The position numbers and the translations under genes are program-made. DNA of 63,703 nt, the filler included, from Octopus bimaculoides (taxonomy: Eukaryota), in NCBI RefSeq assembly GCF_001194135.2. It is 4 parts of 3 records of this genome, joined end to end, with 100 filler letters (N's around TTAATTAATTAA, not from the genome) between each part and the next. Parts side by side here need not be neighbours in the genome. Positions count along the whole stretch, not along the records: positions 1 to 15,365 come from NC_069000.1; 3 more parts are not named here. One strand, given 5' to 3'. Within the stretch, counting starts at the first letter, position 1, and each line of letters begins with the position of its first letter. The notes beneath the pieces were generated by a model. The model searched no databases, was not told where the DNA came from, and saw only the letters and a program-made list of their open reading frames with translations. Below are positions 1 through 11,636 of the stretch, piece by piece.

Positions 1-204
1 GGTGGCGGCAGTTGTGATGGTGGTGTCGGCGGCGGTAGTGGTGATGGTTGGCGGTGGTGCCGGTGGTGGTGGTGTCGGCCGTGGTGGTGGCTATGTTGGT
101 GGTGGTGGGGGCGGTAGTTGTAGTGTTAATGCTGCTGTTATTTAGGCGAGAGCAGAGGCTGTAACCGAACCGATCTTTGATTAGAAGCCTTCTGCCTTTC
201 CCTC

Positions 205-380
205 TTTCCTTTTACTTGTTTCAGTCATTGGACTGCTGCCATGCTGGAGCATCAACTTAAAGGGTTTAGTCGAACAAATCAACCCCAGTACATATTTTAA
301 AATCCGGTACATTTCTTTTCGTATCTTTCGACGGACCGCTAAGCTGCAGGGATGTAAACAAGCTAACACCGTTTGTCAAT
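205..380 (+). mobile_element. SINE-like repeat fragment (family tcagtcattggactgc...gaccgctaag...gtaaaca)
   Basis: The same block recurs at ~6845-6900, 28085-28260 (rc), 32570-32715 (rc), 38820-38857 and 43730-43865. Confidence 0.65.
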
Positions 381-614
381 CTACCGTAAAACATTTTAGC
401 TATTTTTTACTTGGTCCTAAATCTACATTTCACTCCCTGACACACCATTTAGAAACTTCATTCGTTTCTTTTTTTAATTATTATCTTTATTTTTCTTAGG
501 GCGTTTGGTCTCATGGGGCCGCTTTCCCGATTTCCATAGCGTGTCAGTGACCAAAATCACAATATTACCCTTGAAGGGAGACATTGTCCGTTGCAGGGTT
601 CAAGGTCATATATT

Positions 615-800
615 TTGAGGGGAGGGGACAATTTGGTTACAGTGATCCCAGTGTTTAACCAGTAATTTTTTTATTAACCCCGAAATGAGGGAAGTCACAG
701 TTAGCCTCCATAGAATTTGAACTGAGAGCGTAAACCACCGGAACACAGGCCCCTAAGTATCTTGTCCGACCTATTAACGATTCTGCCATCTCGCCACCTT
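615..800 (-). mobile_element. Degraded tRNA-derived SINE (Meta-domain-like family)
   Basis: Reverse complement resembles the 61016-61221 copy (aggtggcgagatggcagaatcgtt... head, ttcaaattc B-box region, ttcggggttaataa core). Confidence 0.6.
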
Positions 801-819
801 CATTGGTTTCTAAAGCCAG

Positions 820-1900
820 TAAGTTCATTCCTTAAAGGAACTAACACCAACCCTATTCTTTTCATAATCATCCCCTTCATGCATGGTCCCTCTGCATACT
901 GTTGACAGCCTGGCCTGCTTCTCTGTTAGTCTCTGTCTTGTACTGCGTCATTGGATACTTCCAGCTGAGAGTCGTTTTTTTTAAACAGACTATGGGAACT
1001 TCTGGAAGTTCACTCATTCTACAAATACTCCCTAATTTCTTCAAAGAGCTTTTCTAATGTTACTTCACACATGTAAACTGAAACCCGAGAGAAACTGTCT
1101 TCGACGAAATGTCACCGTGTAAATGGGATTTAATGGAATGGTTTACTTCCTTCTGCTTCCACCGACAAATACCTTCAAGTTTGTTTACAATTTGTAAGTG
1201 CTAATATTAATCCTTCTTTAAGTACCAGATAGATTTGTATAGTGAAGTAGTAAAACTTCTCACTGATTATACATATGTTCTGAGAATCGTTTTTAAAGCG
1301 ATTAAGTCTTATCTAGAGGTATGGTTTCTCTTTTATCTGCAAAGAAAGTCTTAGAAAAACACTAATACCTTAGAAATTCGCATGCCTTTGAAATGTCTGA
1401 TATTACGAATTCTTGCGGTTATATGATAGAAACGCTTAAGATGTTTATACTTAAAAGTTTATTTATTTATTTAATTATGTGTGATATTAAAGTAGCCAAA
1501 TGTTTGGTAGAACTCCCCTGAACGCTGTTTTTATTAAGCATCGCATAATACTAATGGTATATGAGGAAATAATTATTTATAAACATAGCGATATCCTGAA
1601 AACAGTGACATGAATATTTAAACTGTAGAGAAGGTCATTCGAATATGTTAACGATTCCCCATATTCTATCTTTGGATACACTGCTTTGTATTACATGACT
1701 GTAATAATTAGCAACCTGCAACCAGTTTAAAAGTCCCTTGTCGTATATCAATGTACTGATGACTATCATGTTTCGATAAGTTTACGAGTATTTTTGCTCA
1801 TGTAATGGCAGGTTGCTTTCAAAATTTAATGGTTTGAATAATCGGTAATACGCATACATATCAGTCACATATGCCATCTTCCAAAGAATTTCTGATCATC
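820..1900 (-). mobile_element. Highly degraded R4/Dong-type LINE fragment
   Basis: Minus-strand remnant GICRWKQKEVN resembles the GIINW..EL motif of the better copies at 18916 and 45660; many stops and frameshifts. Confidence 0.4.
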
Positions 1901-2228
1901 ATAGAAAGTTACAACCAAACTTTGGTAGCTGTTACCGTATTAATATATAAGAATATAAGAATATACGACTATATTAATACTTTGTCTACTATCTCCTCTA
2001 CTTGTTATACTTTATAAGAATGATTCTATTATGTTCAGTGCTTCTCTAAGTGGACAGCACTGCCTCTTGGTGTTGTTGGTGCAGTGGAAAATTTTGTATG
2101 GCTACTGGGAACCGAGAGTCGCTACAGATTGTGTTAAAGTCTTTGATGTCTTGATCTATTAAAATGTTTCTACCTTGAGTCTAGCCTACATGTACTTCAC
2201 GTCGAAATGGATCTTAATTTGTCTAACC

Positions 2229-2590
2229 CAATGTTTCTAAACCTACCTTACCTCAGCCCCCACTTTAACTTACAAGAAAAATGTATGTCCCACCAGTGGT
2301 TGGAGAAAAACAACTTTGTTTCGAATATTTCATAATTATATGCGTTCCTTAAAGAAATATCCACACTGAGGCATTAGAATAGCACTATACTGTCTTCACA
2401 GAGTATGTTTGACAGGAGGGGTTGGTTTGGCTTGGCTCAGTATAAGGTGCAGTATATTTGCTATGAGAAAAAGATTTTCACAATTCCATGCCCCAATAAA
2501 AAAGAAGAAAAACGATTTCGATCCCACATTCCACCACAATTTTCCCAAGCTCCACCGGGTGGAATGTCTGCCCCACGTTGAGAATCACTA
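2229..2590. mobile_element. hAT (Charlie-like) MITE
   Basis: Ends CAATGTTTCTAAAC and GTTGAGAATCACTA are imperfect TIRs; flanked by gtctaacc (2221-2228) and gtctaact (2591-2598), an 8-bp TSD matching 7/8. Confidence 0.65.
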
Positions 2591-3500
2591 GTCTAACTTG
2601 TTTCTCGATGGAAAAATAAAGCATTCCGTGAGAAAAGGGAACTCTGTACATGGTCGCTCGACCTGCTAGAAATAGGAGTAATATAATTCTGAAATTACAT
2701 TTAATCACTATTGTAAAATGGAACGACATATTAGAGAACGCACTCTGGGATAGACTGCATTTTGAAATAGTTGGTCTATGCCGGAAGTTCTATAACTAGA
2801 AGTGTGTTCCACGAGAATTCATTTGCCTGTTTCGTATGGGGTACTTAAAACAGGGGATTTACCCGAAATTCGTTTCCCTATTCAGGCAAGACCAATTCGG
2901 CATGATGTCTGGTCTGAGAAGCTATTTATACATTGGAAGACATATTGATTATAGGTTAACCTTCCTCATCGATAATTTAGGAGACTATCAATAGTGCTTT
3001 CCGGAAATTTCTGACCAAATTAATTCGTTATTAGTGGTGATGAAGGTGGAGATGATTGTAGTGGTGATGGTGGTGTTGATTGTAATGGTGGGGATGATCA
3101 TGGATATCGCAGTGGTGATGGTGGTAGTGGTGGTGATGGTTGTGGTGGTGGTGGTGGTGGTGGTGGTGGTGGTNNNNNNNNNNNNNNNNNNNNNNNNNNN
3201 NNNNNNNNNNNNNNNNNNNNNNNNNNNNNNNNNNNNNNNNNNNNNNNNNNNNNNNNNNNNNNNNNNNNNNNNNNNNNNNNNNNNNNNNNNNNNNNNNNNN
3301 NNNNNNNNNNNNNNNNNNNNNNNNNNNNNNNNNNNNNNNNNNNNNNNNNNNNNNNNNNNNNNNNNNNNNNNNNNNNNNNNNNNNNNNNNNNNNNNNNNNN
3401 NNNNNNNNNNNNNNNNNNNNNNNNNNNNNNNNNNNNNNNNNNNNNNNNNNNNNNNNNNNNNNNNNNNNNNNNNNNNNNNNNNNNNNNNNNNNNNNNNNNN

Positions 3501-3569
<69 letters not shown>

Positions 3570-3867
3570 CAGCATAAATTCTTGGTTAATTAAATGTATC
3601 CCCATTTCTCAGGATATAGCATAATGACCTATTAGCAAGACCAGCTCTGCTTTAGAAGGGGAGATGATCTTAAGAATAAAGAATTCTTCACTTCTGACAA
3701 GCCAACAGGGAAAAAGACTGGCTTATTGTCCAGCGATAAGACGAGAGTTGTGGACGCTTATATCTGCTTTAATATGTGTCGTCTGCACGACGAAAGTACG
3801 ATTTTATGTCCAGCATCCAAGGGGCATAGACTAATATAAGATAGAACAGAACCCATTTGCGGTCTGG

Positions 3868-4053
3868 GTCTGTGCTCCGCAACCGGCATGTTGCGACACT
3901 CTGGTGTGCCACGCGACGATGCCAAGTGTGCTGCAGTGTAACCTGAATATAATTATTTTCCCTAGATTTCTAGTTCAGGTGTACCGTCGAATTTTGAAAA
4001 GAATATGTGTAGCGCCAGTGAAAAGAGGGTTGAGGAGCACTGGTCTAGGTTAT
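3868..4053. mobile_element. hAT-like MITE remnant
   Basis: Right end GGTTGAGGAGCACTG followed by gtctagg; left end tctgtgctccgcaacc is a degenerate match. Confidence 0.5.
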
Positions 4054-4959
4054 TTGCATAATTTAAGCAATGCATAATTTATGCATATTTAAGCAAAGAG
4101 GAATACATCAGAGAGGCCAGTGTCTCGTATTATATCCCTGTATTTGTCTGTGTTATTCAAATACATGCTACTGGCTGCCTTGAGTTATTTCCCTTAGCTC
4201 ATTTTCGCTTAAATTATGCAAATTACCTTGGCCATAAATATTTTGTATAAGTCTAAGCCTTTTGGCTGCTGGAGAGAAGGTTGGACATTTGCTGTACGGA
4301 TGACAGTTCAGAAGGCAGAAACATGAGTCCACAACTCTCATCTTATCTCTAGTGAATGAACCTGTTCTTTTTCTTAATGGCATGACAGCTTTGTAAAATC
4401 CTTAAATCTGGAGATAATCTCCTCTTCTCATAATCGCCATTTGGCAATTGTGACATATCATCTAAAATGGAGATAATTTTGATAAATCAAAAATTTTCGT
4501 TTATGGTATTTACTATACCTGTATTTGTCTGTTATTCAAATACATGCCGCTCAGCTGCTCGGAGTTATTTATCTTAGCTCATTTTTGTTTACAATAACCT
4601 ATCTATGGTCTCAAACGACTGTCACCAAACTCACGATGCGGACGTACAGCTTTGATTTTGAAGACAAACATATGTTATTTCTTAAATTCTTGCCTGTTAT
4701 TTGTTTTAATCTATCCAAATTCGTTAAATTACTTACTATATTCGTATATACAAATTCTTGATTGCTGACTCATTCACTCAGAAATTATTTTGAAATATTT
4801 CAACATTTCAGTTTATTTTTAGTTTGCTTATCATCTACTTCTGCGCCTGTATATTCCATTTTCTGACACTATTGTCTGTAGTTTTCAAGAAACTCCCTTT
4901 AAAACCTCACTCAATCCCTTAATTTTATTCTCATAAGCTCCAGCAGATATCTTAATTAC

Positions 4960-5112
4960 AAAAACTGTCAAACAGTTCTATATTTAAGAGATGAGGAATT
5001 ATGTACATTATTTATATTATTTACATTTGACGGATATTTGTCCTCATCTTGTTTGTTCTTAACACAACATTTCGGCTGATATGCCTTCCAGCCTTCATCA
5101 GGTGTCTTACGA
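4960..5112 (-). mobile_element. Penelope-like pseudo-LTR repeat carrying a hammerhead motif
   Basis: Near-identical to 6925-7065 (acatttgacggatatttgtcctcatcttgtttg...ttcatcaggtgtctt). Confidence 0.65.
5061..5108 (-). ncRNA. Minimal type I hammerhead ribozyme, helix III mutated
   Basis: rc reads AAGACAC CUGAUGA A GGCUG(GAAGGCAUAU)CAGCC GAAA UG UU GUGUU; a C>U change breaks the ACGU palindrome. Confidence 0.7.
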
Positions 5113-6924
5113 ACTCCCTCCTCCGCCAACAGCCAATCACATACGATTGGCCATTTAAAAGGTGATAACACTGGTCTTGCCCCAACATAGCTAGAGTTTT
5201 AGGGTTAATATGTATAAACGAATATATATATATACAGACAGACATACATATATTTATATATACATATATATATGTATATATATGTACGTATATATATATA
5301 TATATATATATNNNNNNNNNNNNNNNNNNNNNNNNNNNNNNNNNNNNNNNNNNNNNNNNNNNNNNNNNNNNNNNNNNNNNNNNNNNNNNNNNNNNNNNNN
5401 NNNNNNNNNNNNNNNNNNNNNNNNNNNNNNNNNNNNNNNNNNNNNNNNNNNNNNNNNNNNNNNNNNNNNNNNNNNNNNNNNNNNNNNNNNNNNNNNNNNN
5501 NNNNNNNNNNNNNNNNNNNNNNNNNNNNNNNNNNNNNNNNNNNNNNNNNNNNNNNNNNNNNNNNNNNNNNNNNNNNNNNNNNNNNNNNNNNNNNNNNNNN
5601 NNNNNNNNNNNNNNNNNNNNNNNNNNNNNNNNNNNNNNNNNNNNNNNNNNNNNNNNNNNNNNNNNNNNNNNNNNNNNNNNNNNNNNNNNNNNNNNNNNNN
5701 NNNNNNNNNNNNNNNNNNNNNNNNNNNNNNNNNNNNNNNNNNNNNNNNNNNNNNNNNNNNNNNNNNNNNNNNNNNNNNNNNNNNNNNTATATATATATAT
5801 ATATTGATAGATAGCTAGATAGATAGATAGATACATATATATATATATGTATGCATATATATGTAGATATATAGATAATATATGTATGTAGATATACATT
5901 TATACGTATATATATACTGATCGATATAGCTTGGCAAATAATCATTTCAATGGTTGATAGTATATATACATGTAGATTGTTAGATGATTACATAGATACT
6001 ACATACATAAATACATACATATATACATATATATATACATATATATACATATATATACATATATTTACGTATGTACCTACGTAGGTTTAGCTGTATGTGT
6101 GTTTGTATATATGTCACAGAACCTATCAAGACAAGACACAAATATCTAAGCGTTATCCTAGCCTAATAAGATTAGCAACGAAGAGAACCAATATCAATGT
6201 GAATGATTTCCATCAACTATGAAACCACAAACATTTTCTACTTTACGAAATTTAAAAACATCTCAGACTAACGAGACAAAGATATTTAGAAATTCACCAT
6301 CACGCACAGCAATTGAATTTTCCAATCATCAGCTGCCAAACGGATATCACTATGGTTTCGACACCTGGCAGCAAAATTCAATGCATGTATGTATGTATGT
6401 ATGTATGTCTGAGCGTGTATGTATGTATGTATGTATGTCTGAGCGTGTATGTATGTATGTATGTATTCATTTATGAATGTGTGTGTGTGTTTATGTATGT
6501 ATGTATGCTTATGAAAGTTTGTATTCTAACAACAAGGTTAATCATAACATTGAAAATATTTCTCTTAATCATAACATATGGACATGATTAAGAGAAATAT
6601 TTTCAATCAACGTTTCTTGTCACAATAAAATGCAGAGTAAGCCTTTTTTCAGGTTCGTATACAATATTTTGATAAAAACAAATATGGCTGCTGACAAATG
6701 AATATTCTTAAATAAGCGATAAGCATTATACAGCGCTTAAATATAATGTATACAGTTTATGGTCTCTGTATAATACAAATAAAACCGTATGGTTGATTAA
6801 ACAAAGCATACATAAACATAATCTCTGAGCTTCTAAGCTTTACTTCTTTCATTCATTAGACTGTGGTCATGCTAGAGTACTGCCTTGAAGATTTTAGTCG
6901 AATGAATCAATCAGAGTACTATCT

Positions 6925-7065
6925 TTAAATACATTATTTACATTTGACGGATATTTGTCCTCATCTTGTTTGTTGTTAACACAACGTTTCGGCTGATATA
7001 CCCTCCAGCCTTCATCAGGTGTCTTGGGGAAATTACGAACCTGAGTTCTCATTCCTAAAGTATTT
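6925..7065 (-). mobile_element. Penelope-like pseudo-LTR repeat carrying a hammerhead motif
   Basis: Second copy of the 4960-5112 repeat; abuts an (ATT)n/(GTT)n microsatellite. Confidence 0.65.
6978..7025 (-). ncRNA. Minimal type I hammerhead ribozyme, apparently intact
   Basis: rc reads AAGACAC CUGAUGA A GGCUG(GAGGGUAUAU)CAGCC GAAA CG U U GUGUU: full core, 5-bp helix II, palindromic ACGU helix III, GUU site, 5-bp helix I (GACAC/GUGUU). Confidence 0.8.
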
Positions 7066-7072
7066 TTTGATG

Positions 7073-7151
<79 letters not shown>

Positions 7152-7201
7152 CCTTCGATATTGTTCAACCATGTCTTCGGCCCTTGTGGACAGTAAAAGA
7201 A

Positions 7202-7272
<71 letters not shown>

Positions 7273-7341
7273 CATCATCATCATCATCATTATCGTTATA
7301 TTAATGTTATTATTGTTTCCTCTTTTTTTCTCGGTCCTCAG

Positions 7342-7521
7342 CAAATGGAATTAAAAGGACAGATGATTCACCTTCAGGAGTCAGACGCCATCTTATTTCT
7401 AGGTTCACCGAGCGTCGAGAAACTTGATGAAATGATTGGTAAGGGAATCTATATATCAGATATACCGATCCATGATGCGACCAGGGACGTCATACTAGTC
7501 GGAGAACAATCAAAAGCCCAG
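7342..7521 (+). CDS. GUCY1A: Internal exon of soluble guanylate cyclase alpha subunit (HNOBA/PAS region)
   Basis: Translates [60 protein letters not shown], matching the alpha-type LKGQM..FLGSP..SDIPIH..RDV.L.GEQA.AQ motif. Acceptor tttttctcggtcctcag, donor CAG/gtaagt, phase 0-0, 180 bp. Confidence 0.93.
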
Positions 7522-8003
7522 GTAAGTACCGTGTGTTCTCCTCACCTATAATTGTATCTGTGTTTGGAGTGGGGTGTCTTTTGCTGTGACTGTGTGGTTG
7601 CGCAACAGTTGTGCAGAGAAATTTCCTCAACTCATCTCTTCCAGTTTCTTCAGACATCCCTTGCTTAGATATGATAGAACTGGAGGAAGGGGGCGTGCTT
7701 TTGGTCTTTGAAAGTCCCTTCCTATCTATGAGATTTGATGTTAATAATGTTCCTCTGGCAAAAGACGGCGAAGTGGGAGAATCCTTAACAGTTAGAAACA
7801 CAAAAGACATGAAGCAGTAAAATATATAGTGTTTAGATACACCTATGCATATATACTTTTCTACTCTAGACACAAGGTCCGAAATTTTGAGGGAGGGTTC
7901 AAGTCGATTCGATCGACCCTAGTACGCAACAATAATAAGGGTAAAATCATAAATGATTTTTACCAAGTTATCAGCGCGGAAATAAAACCTCATAGCTAAA
8001 TTA

Positions 8004-8250
8004 ATATAAATATTTTACAATTATATGCATAATTATAACAAGGACTTGGCTTGCGCCTCACCACGCATTGAAAAATAGACGTCAAAAGACAATATTAGCA
8101 CTATAAATTCTCCGAGATATTATGTAGTTGTGTTATTCTCGGAGAATTTATGGTGGTAATACTGTGTTTTGACGTCTATTTTTCAGTGCGTGGTGAGGTG
8201 CAAGCCATGCCCTTGTTATAATTATTTTTATAATTGTAAAATATTTATAT
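8004..8250. repeat. Long inverted repeat (foldback/MITE-like)
   Basis: Arms ~8004-8117 and ~8137-8250 are reverse complements (cctcaccacgcattgaaaaatagacgtcaaaa / ttttgacgtctatttttcagtgcgtggtgagg); ~19-nt spacer. Confidence 0.85.
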
Positions 8251-8767
8251 ATATNNNNNNNNNNNNNNNNNNNNNNNNNNNNNNNNNNNNNNNNNNNNNN
8301 NNNNNNNNNNNNNNNNNNNNNNNNNNNNNNNNNNNNNNNNNNNNNNNNNNNNNNNNNNNNNNNNNNNNNNNNNNNNNNNNNNNNNNNNNNNNNNNNNNNN
8401 NNNNNNNNNNNNNNNNNNNNNNNNNNNNNNNNNNNNNNNNNNNNNNNNNNNNNNNNNNNNNNNNNNNNNNNNNNNNNNNNNNNNNNNNNNNNNNNNNNNN
8501 NNNNNNNNNNNNNNNNNNNNNNNNNNNNNNNNNNNNNNNNNNNNNNNNNNNNNNNNNNNNNNNNNNNNNNNNNNNNNNNNNNNNNNNNNNNNNNNNNNNN
8601 NNNNNNNNNNNNNNNNNNNNNNNNNNNNNNNNNNNNNNNNNNNNNNNNNNNNNNNNNNNNNNNNNNNNNNNNNNNNNNNNNNNNNNNNNNNNNNNNNNNN
8701 NNNNNNNNNNNNNNNNNNNNNNNNNNNNNNNNNNNNNNNNNNNNNNNNNNNNNNNNNNNNNNNNNNN

Positions 8768-8824
<57 letters not shown>

Positions 8825-9384
8825 ACACACATGTTATGGACAGACGTGTAATGGAGATTGGAGGGACGAACAGACAGGCAGAAATAGCAGTCTGTAAATG
8901 ACACGTAAACCAATGAAGATATCAGGTGAAAGAGATTTAATTTGTAAATAGAAGAAACAATTCATTATTCGAAGTTAAGAACAACAACAGCAACCACCAC
9001 CACCACCACCACCACCACTACTACTACTACTACTACCGCTACTACTACTACCGCTACTACAGTAACAACAACCGCAGCAGCGGCAGAAACATCAACAGCA
9101 ACCACAGCAACAATAACGTCAGGAACAACACCAACAACTACAACGAGAATAACAACAACAAAACTATACGCACCAATAACAGCTTTTCATAATTAACTAC
9201 GCCATTAACAAAAACAACACCATCTCCAGCAACAACAGCAGCAGCATCACCAGAAGCAGCAGCTGTAGCAACAACATTGTAACAACAATAGTAGTAAGAA
9301 CATTAACGATAATACTGGCAAGAATATAAGAACAACAACTCCTGTAATATCAAATAACTGCAATAGCAATGATTAAGCACACCA

Positions 9385-9503
9385 CCTTCACCACCTTCAC
9401 CACCTTCACCACCTTCACCGCCTTCACCGCCTTCACCGCCTTCACCGCCTTCACCACCTTCACCGCCTTCACCACCTTCACCGCCTTCACCACCTTCATC
9501 GCC
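9385..9503. repeat. 9-bp minisatellite (ACC[A/G]CCTTC)n running into a gap
   Basis: Direct reading; explains the TFT/AFT and VKV/VKA pseudo-ORFs. Confidence 0.9.
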
Positions 9504-10570
9504 NNNNNNNNNNNNNNNNNNNNNNNNNNNNNNNNNNNNNNNNNNNNNNNNNNNNNNNNNNNNNNNNNNNNNNNNNNNNNNNNNNNNNNNNNNNNNNNNN
9601 NNNNNNNNNNNNNNNNNNNNNNNNNNNNNNNNNNNNNNNNNNNNNNNNNNNNNNNNNNNNNNNNNNNNNNNNNNNNNNNNNNNNNNNNNNNNNNNNNNNN
9701 NNNNNNNNNNNNNNNNNNNNNNNNNNNNNNNNNNNNNNNNNNNNNNNNNNNNNNNNNNNNNNNNNNNNNNNNNNNNNNNNNNNNNNNNNNNNNNNNNNNN
9801 NNNNNNNNNNNNNNNNNNNNNNNNNNNNNNNNNCCGTGTATTTGAAAATCACGCTTTTCTTTCCCACTCTTTTTATCATAATATATTAGACCACGCCCAC
9901 AAATGTCAATCAAACTGTAAGACCCTTCATAAAAGGAGCACCTGTGTATGAGAGGCGGGGCTTAGTGTGTCTTGACCACTAGACCCAACCCACACACTCC
10001 CCGTCGCACCATCTTAAAAAGGATATTTCTCCCAAATAAACATCGAGGAATATATTTATGAAAGTTAAAGTCAATGGATCTCCGTCTGATTCGACGATAC
10101 GTAATCGGTATTTCGATCAACTGAATTACCAATTCTTAGAATTACCAATTCTTAGAATTACCGTTTAAGTGACTGCGTATACCACAGACACGTGTGCGCT
10201 TAATGTGATTCTCATGTAGAGTCACTGTAACTCAGTGCATGTGACAAGATCGTGCCTTTGAATTCATTACGGGTAATGACGGAAAACCCAGAAACAGCTA
10301 TGAGACTTCAAATTCACCTTAACCGAAATTATTATAAATGACTTGAGATACTCGTCCTGCATTGGTTTTTGTTGTCCTTTTCCTTTAATATATACCTGCT
10401 AACACGGAAGCATAATATGGATCCCTAGCTCCAGCCTCAGCTATAATCACCAATTATAGCACTTACCTAGCGTACCTATTTGTTTAGATCACCAGTGAAC
10501 TAAAGCCTCATATTCTCTCTCTCTCTCCCTCTCTCTCTCTCTCTTTCTCCCTCCCTCTCTCTCTCTCTCT

Positions 10571-10619
<49 letters not shown>

Positions 10620-11234
10620 CATACATAATCATATACATATGGTGTGTGTTTGCATGGGTGGGTGTACGTACCGTGGTGGTGCTTCCATCATTATCAACCC
10701 CGATCGTACAAGCAAAATCTCATGTGTTGATTTTTCTTTTAATCCGGTCTGCATGCTGCCAAGTTACTGGCGACAAAATGTTTCTCTTACTTGTTTAAGA
10801 GAAAAAAAGGATCGGTTACTTATCACGGCTTGGTTAAGCCGAGAGGGGCATAGTTACAGAGGGAAACGTTGAAAACATTTCTGAAGATTCTGTACAGCAG
10901 ACAATCCTATACGACTTTACGTCTGCTATTGATGGCGCCATCATGGATATACGTATGTATGACGGTACGAATGCTTGCAAGTATTTAAGCCTAGAATGAG
11001 GCGGTTCTATATGATGACACGCTATATGGCTGTAAACATAATTTACAGGCAATGTAACAGCTGTGGCAGTGAACTGAAATTGAACCAAAATATAATCATA
11101 ACTAAACGATTTTGTTGGTTGATATAAATCTCGCCAAAGTCACGTTTGGAGTGAGGACGCGCAGGTTTAATGGTGACAGATTTGTTTGACTGTGACTGTG
11201 GCGTTAGCCAGCAAAGTATATGTGTACATAACAC

Positions 11235-11267
<33 letters not shown>

Positions 11268-11276
11268 AACACACAC

Positions 11277-11324
<48 letters not shown>

Positions 11325-11361
11325 GCTTATACACGTATGCGTATATGTATATCCATATATA

Positions 11362-11470
11362 TGTGAACTGGCAGAATTGTTAGCACACTGAACGAAATGC
11401 TTAGCGGTATTTCACCCGTCGCCACGTTCTGAGTTCAAATTCCGGTGTGGTCGACTTATTAATCGACATA
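11362..11470 (+). mobile_element. tRNA-derived SINE 5' part (Meta-domain-like family)
   Basis: gaactggcagaattgttagcac...gttctgagttcaaattccgg...gtcgactt matches the head of 61016-61221. Confidence 0.7.
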
Positions 11471-11573
11471 ACTCAAAAAGGAAACTTACGTATATATGTA
11501 TGTTTGTGTGTGTATATATATTTATATGTATATATGTATATGTGTATATATATATATATAGAAATATTAATAA

Positions 11574-11636
<63 letters not shown>

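Noticed and set aside
7611-7820. 69-aa ORF just downstream of the sGC exon
   Set aside because: No similarity to the expected next sGC exon (DGL.. coiled coil), no recognisable motif and no consistent splice pair.
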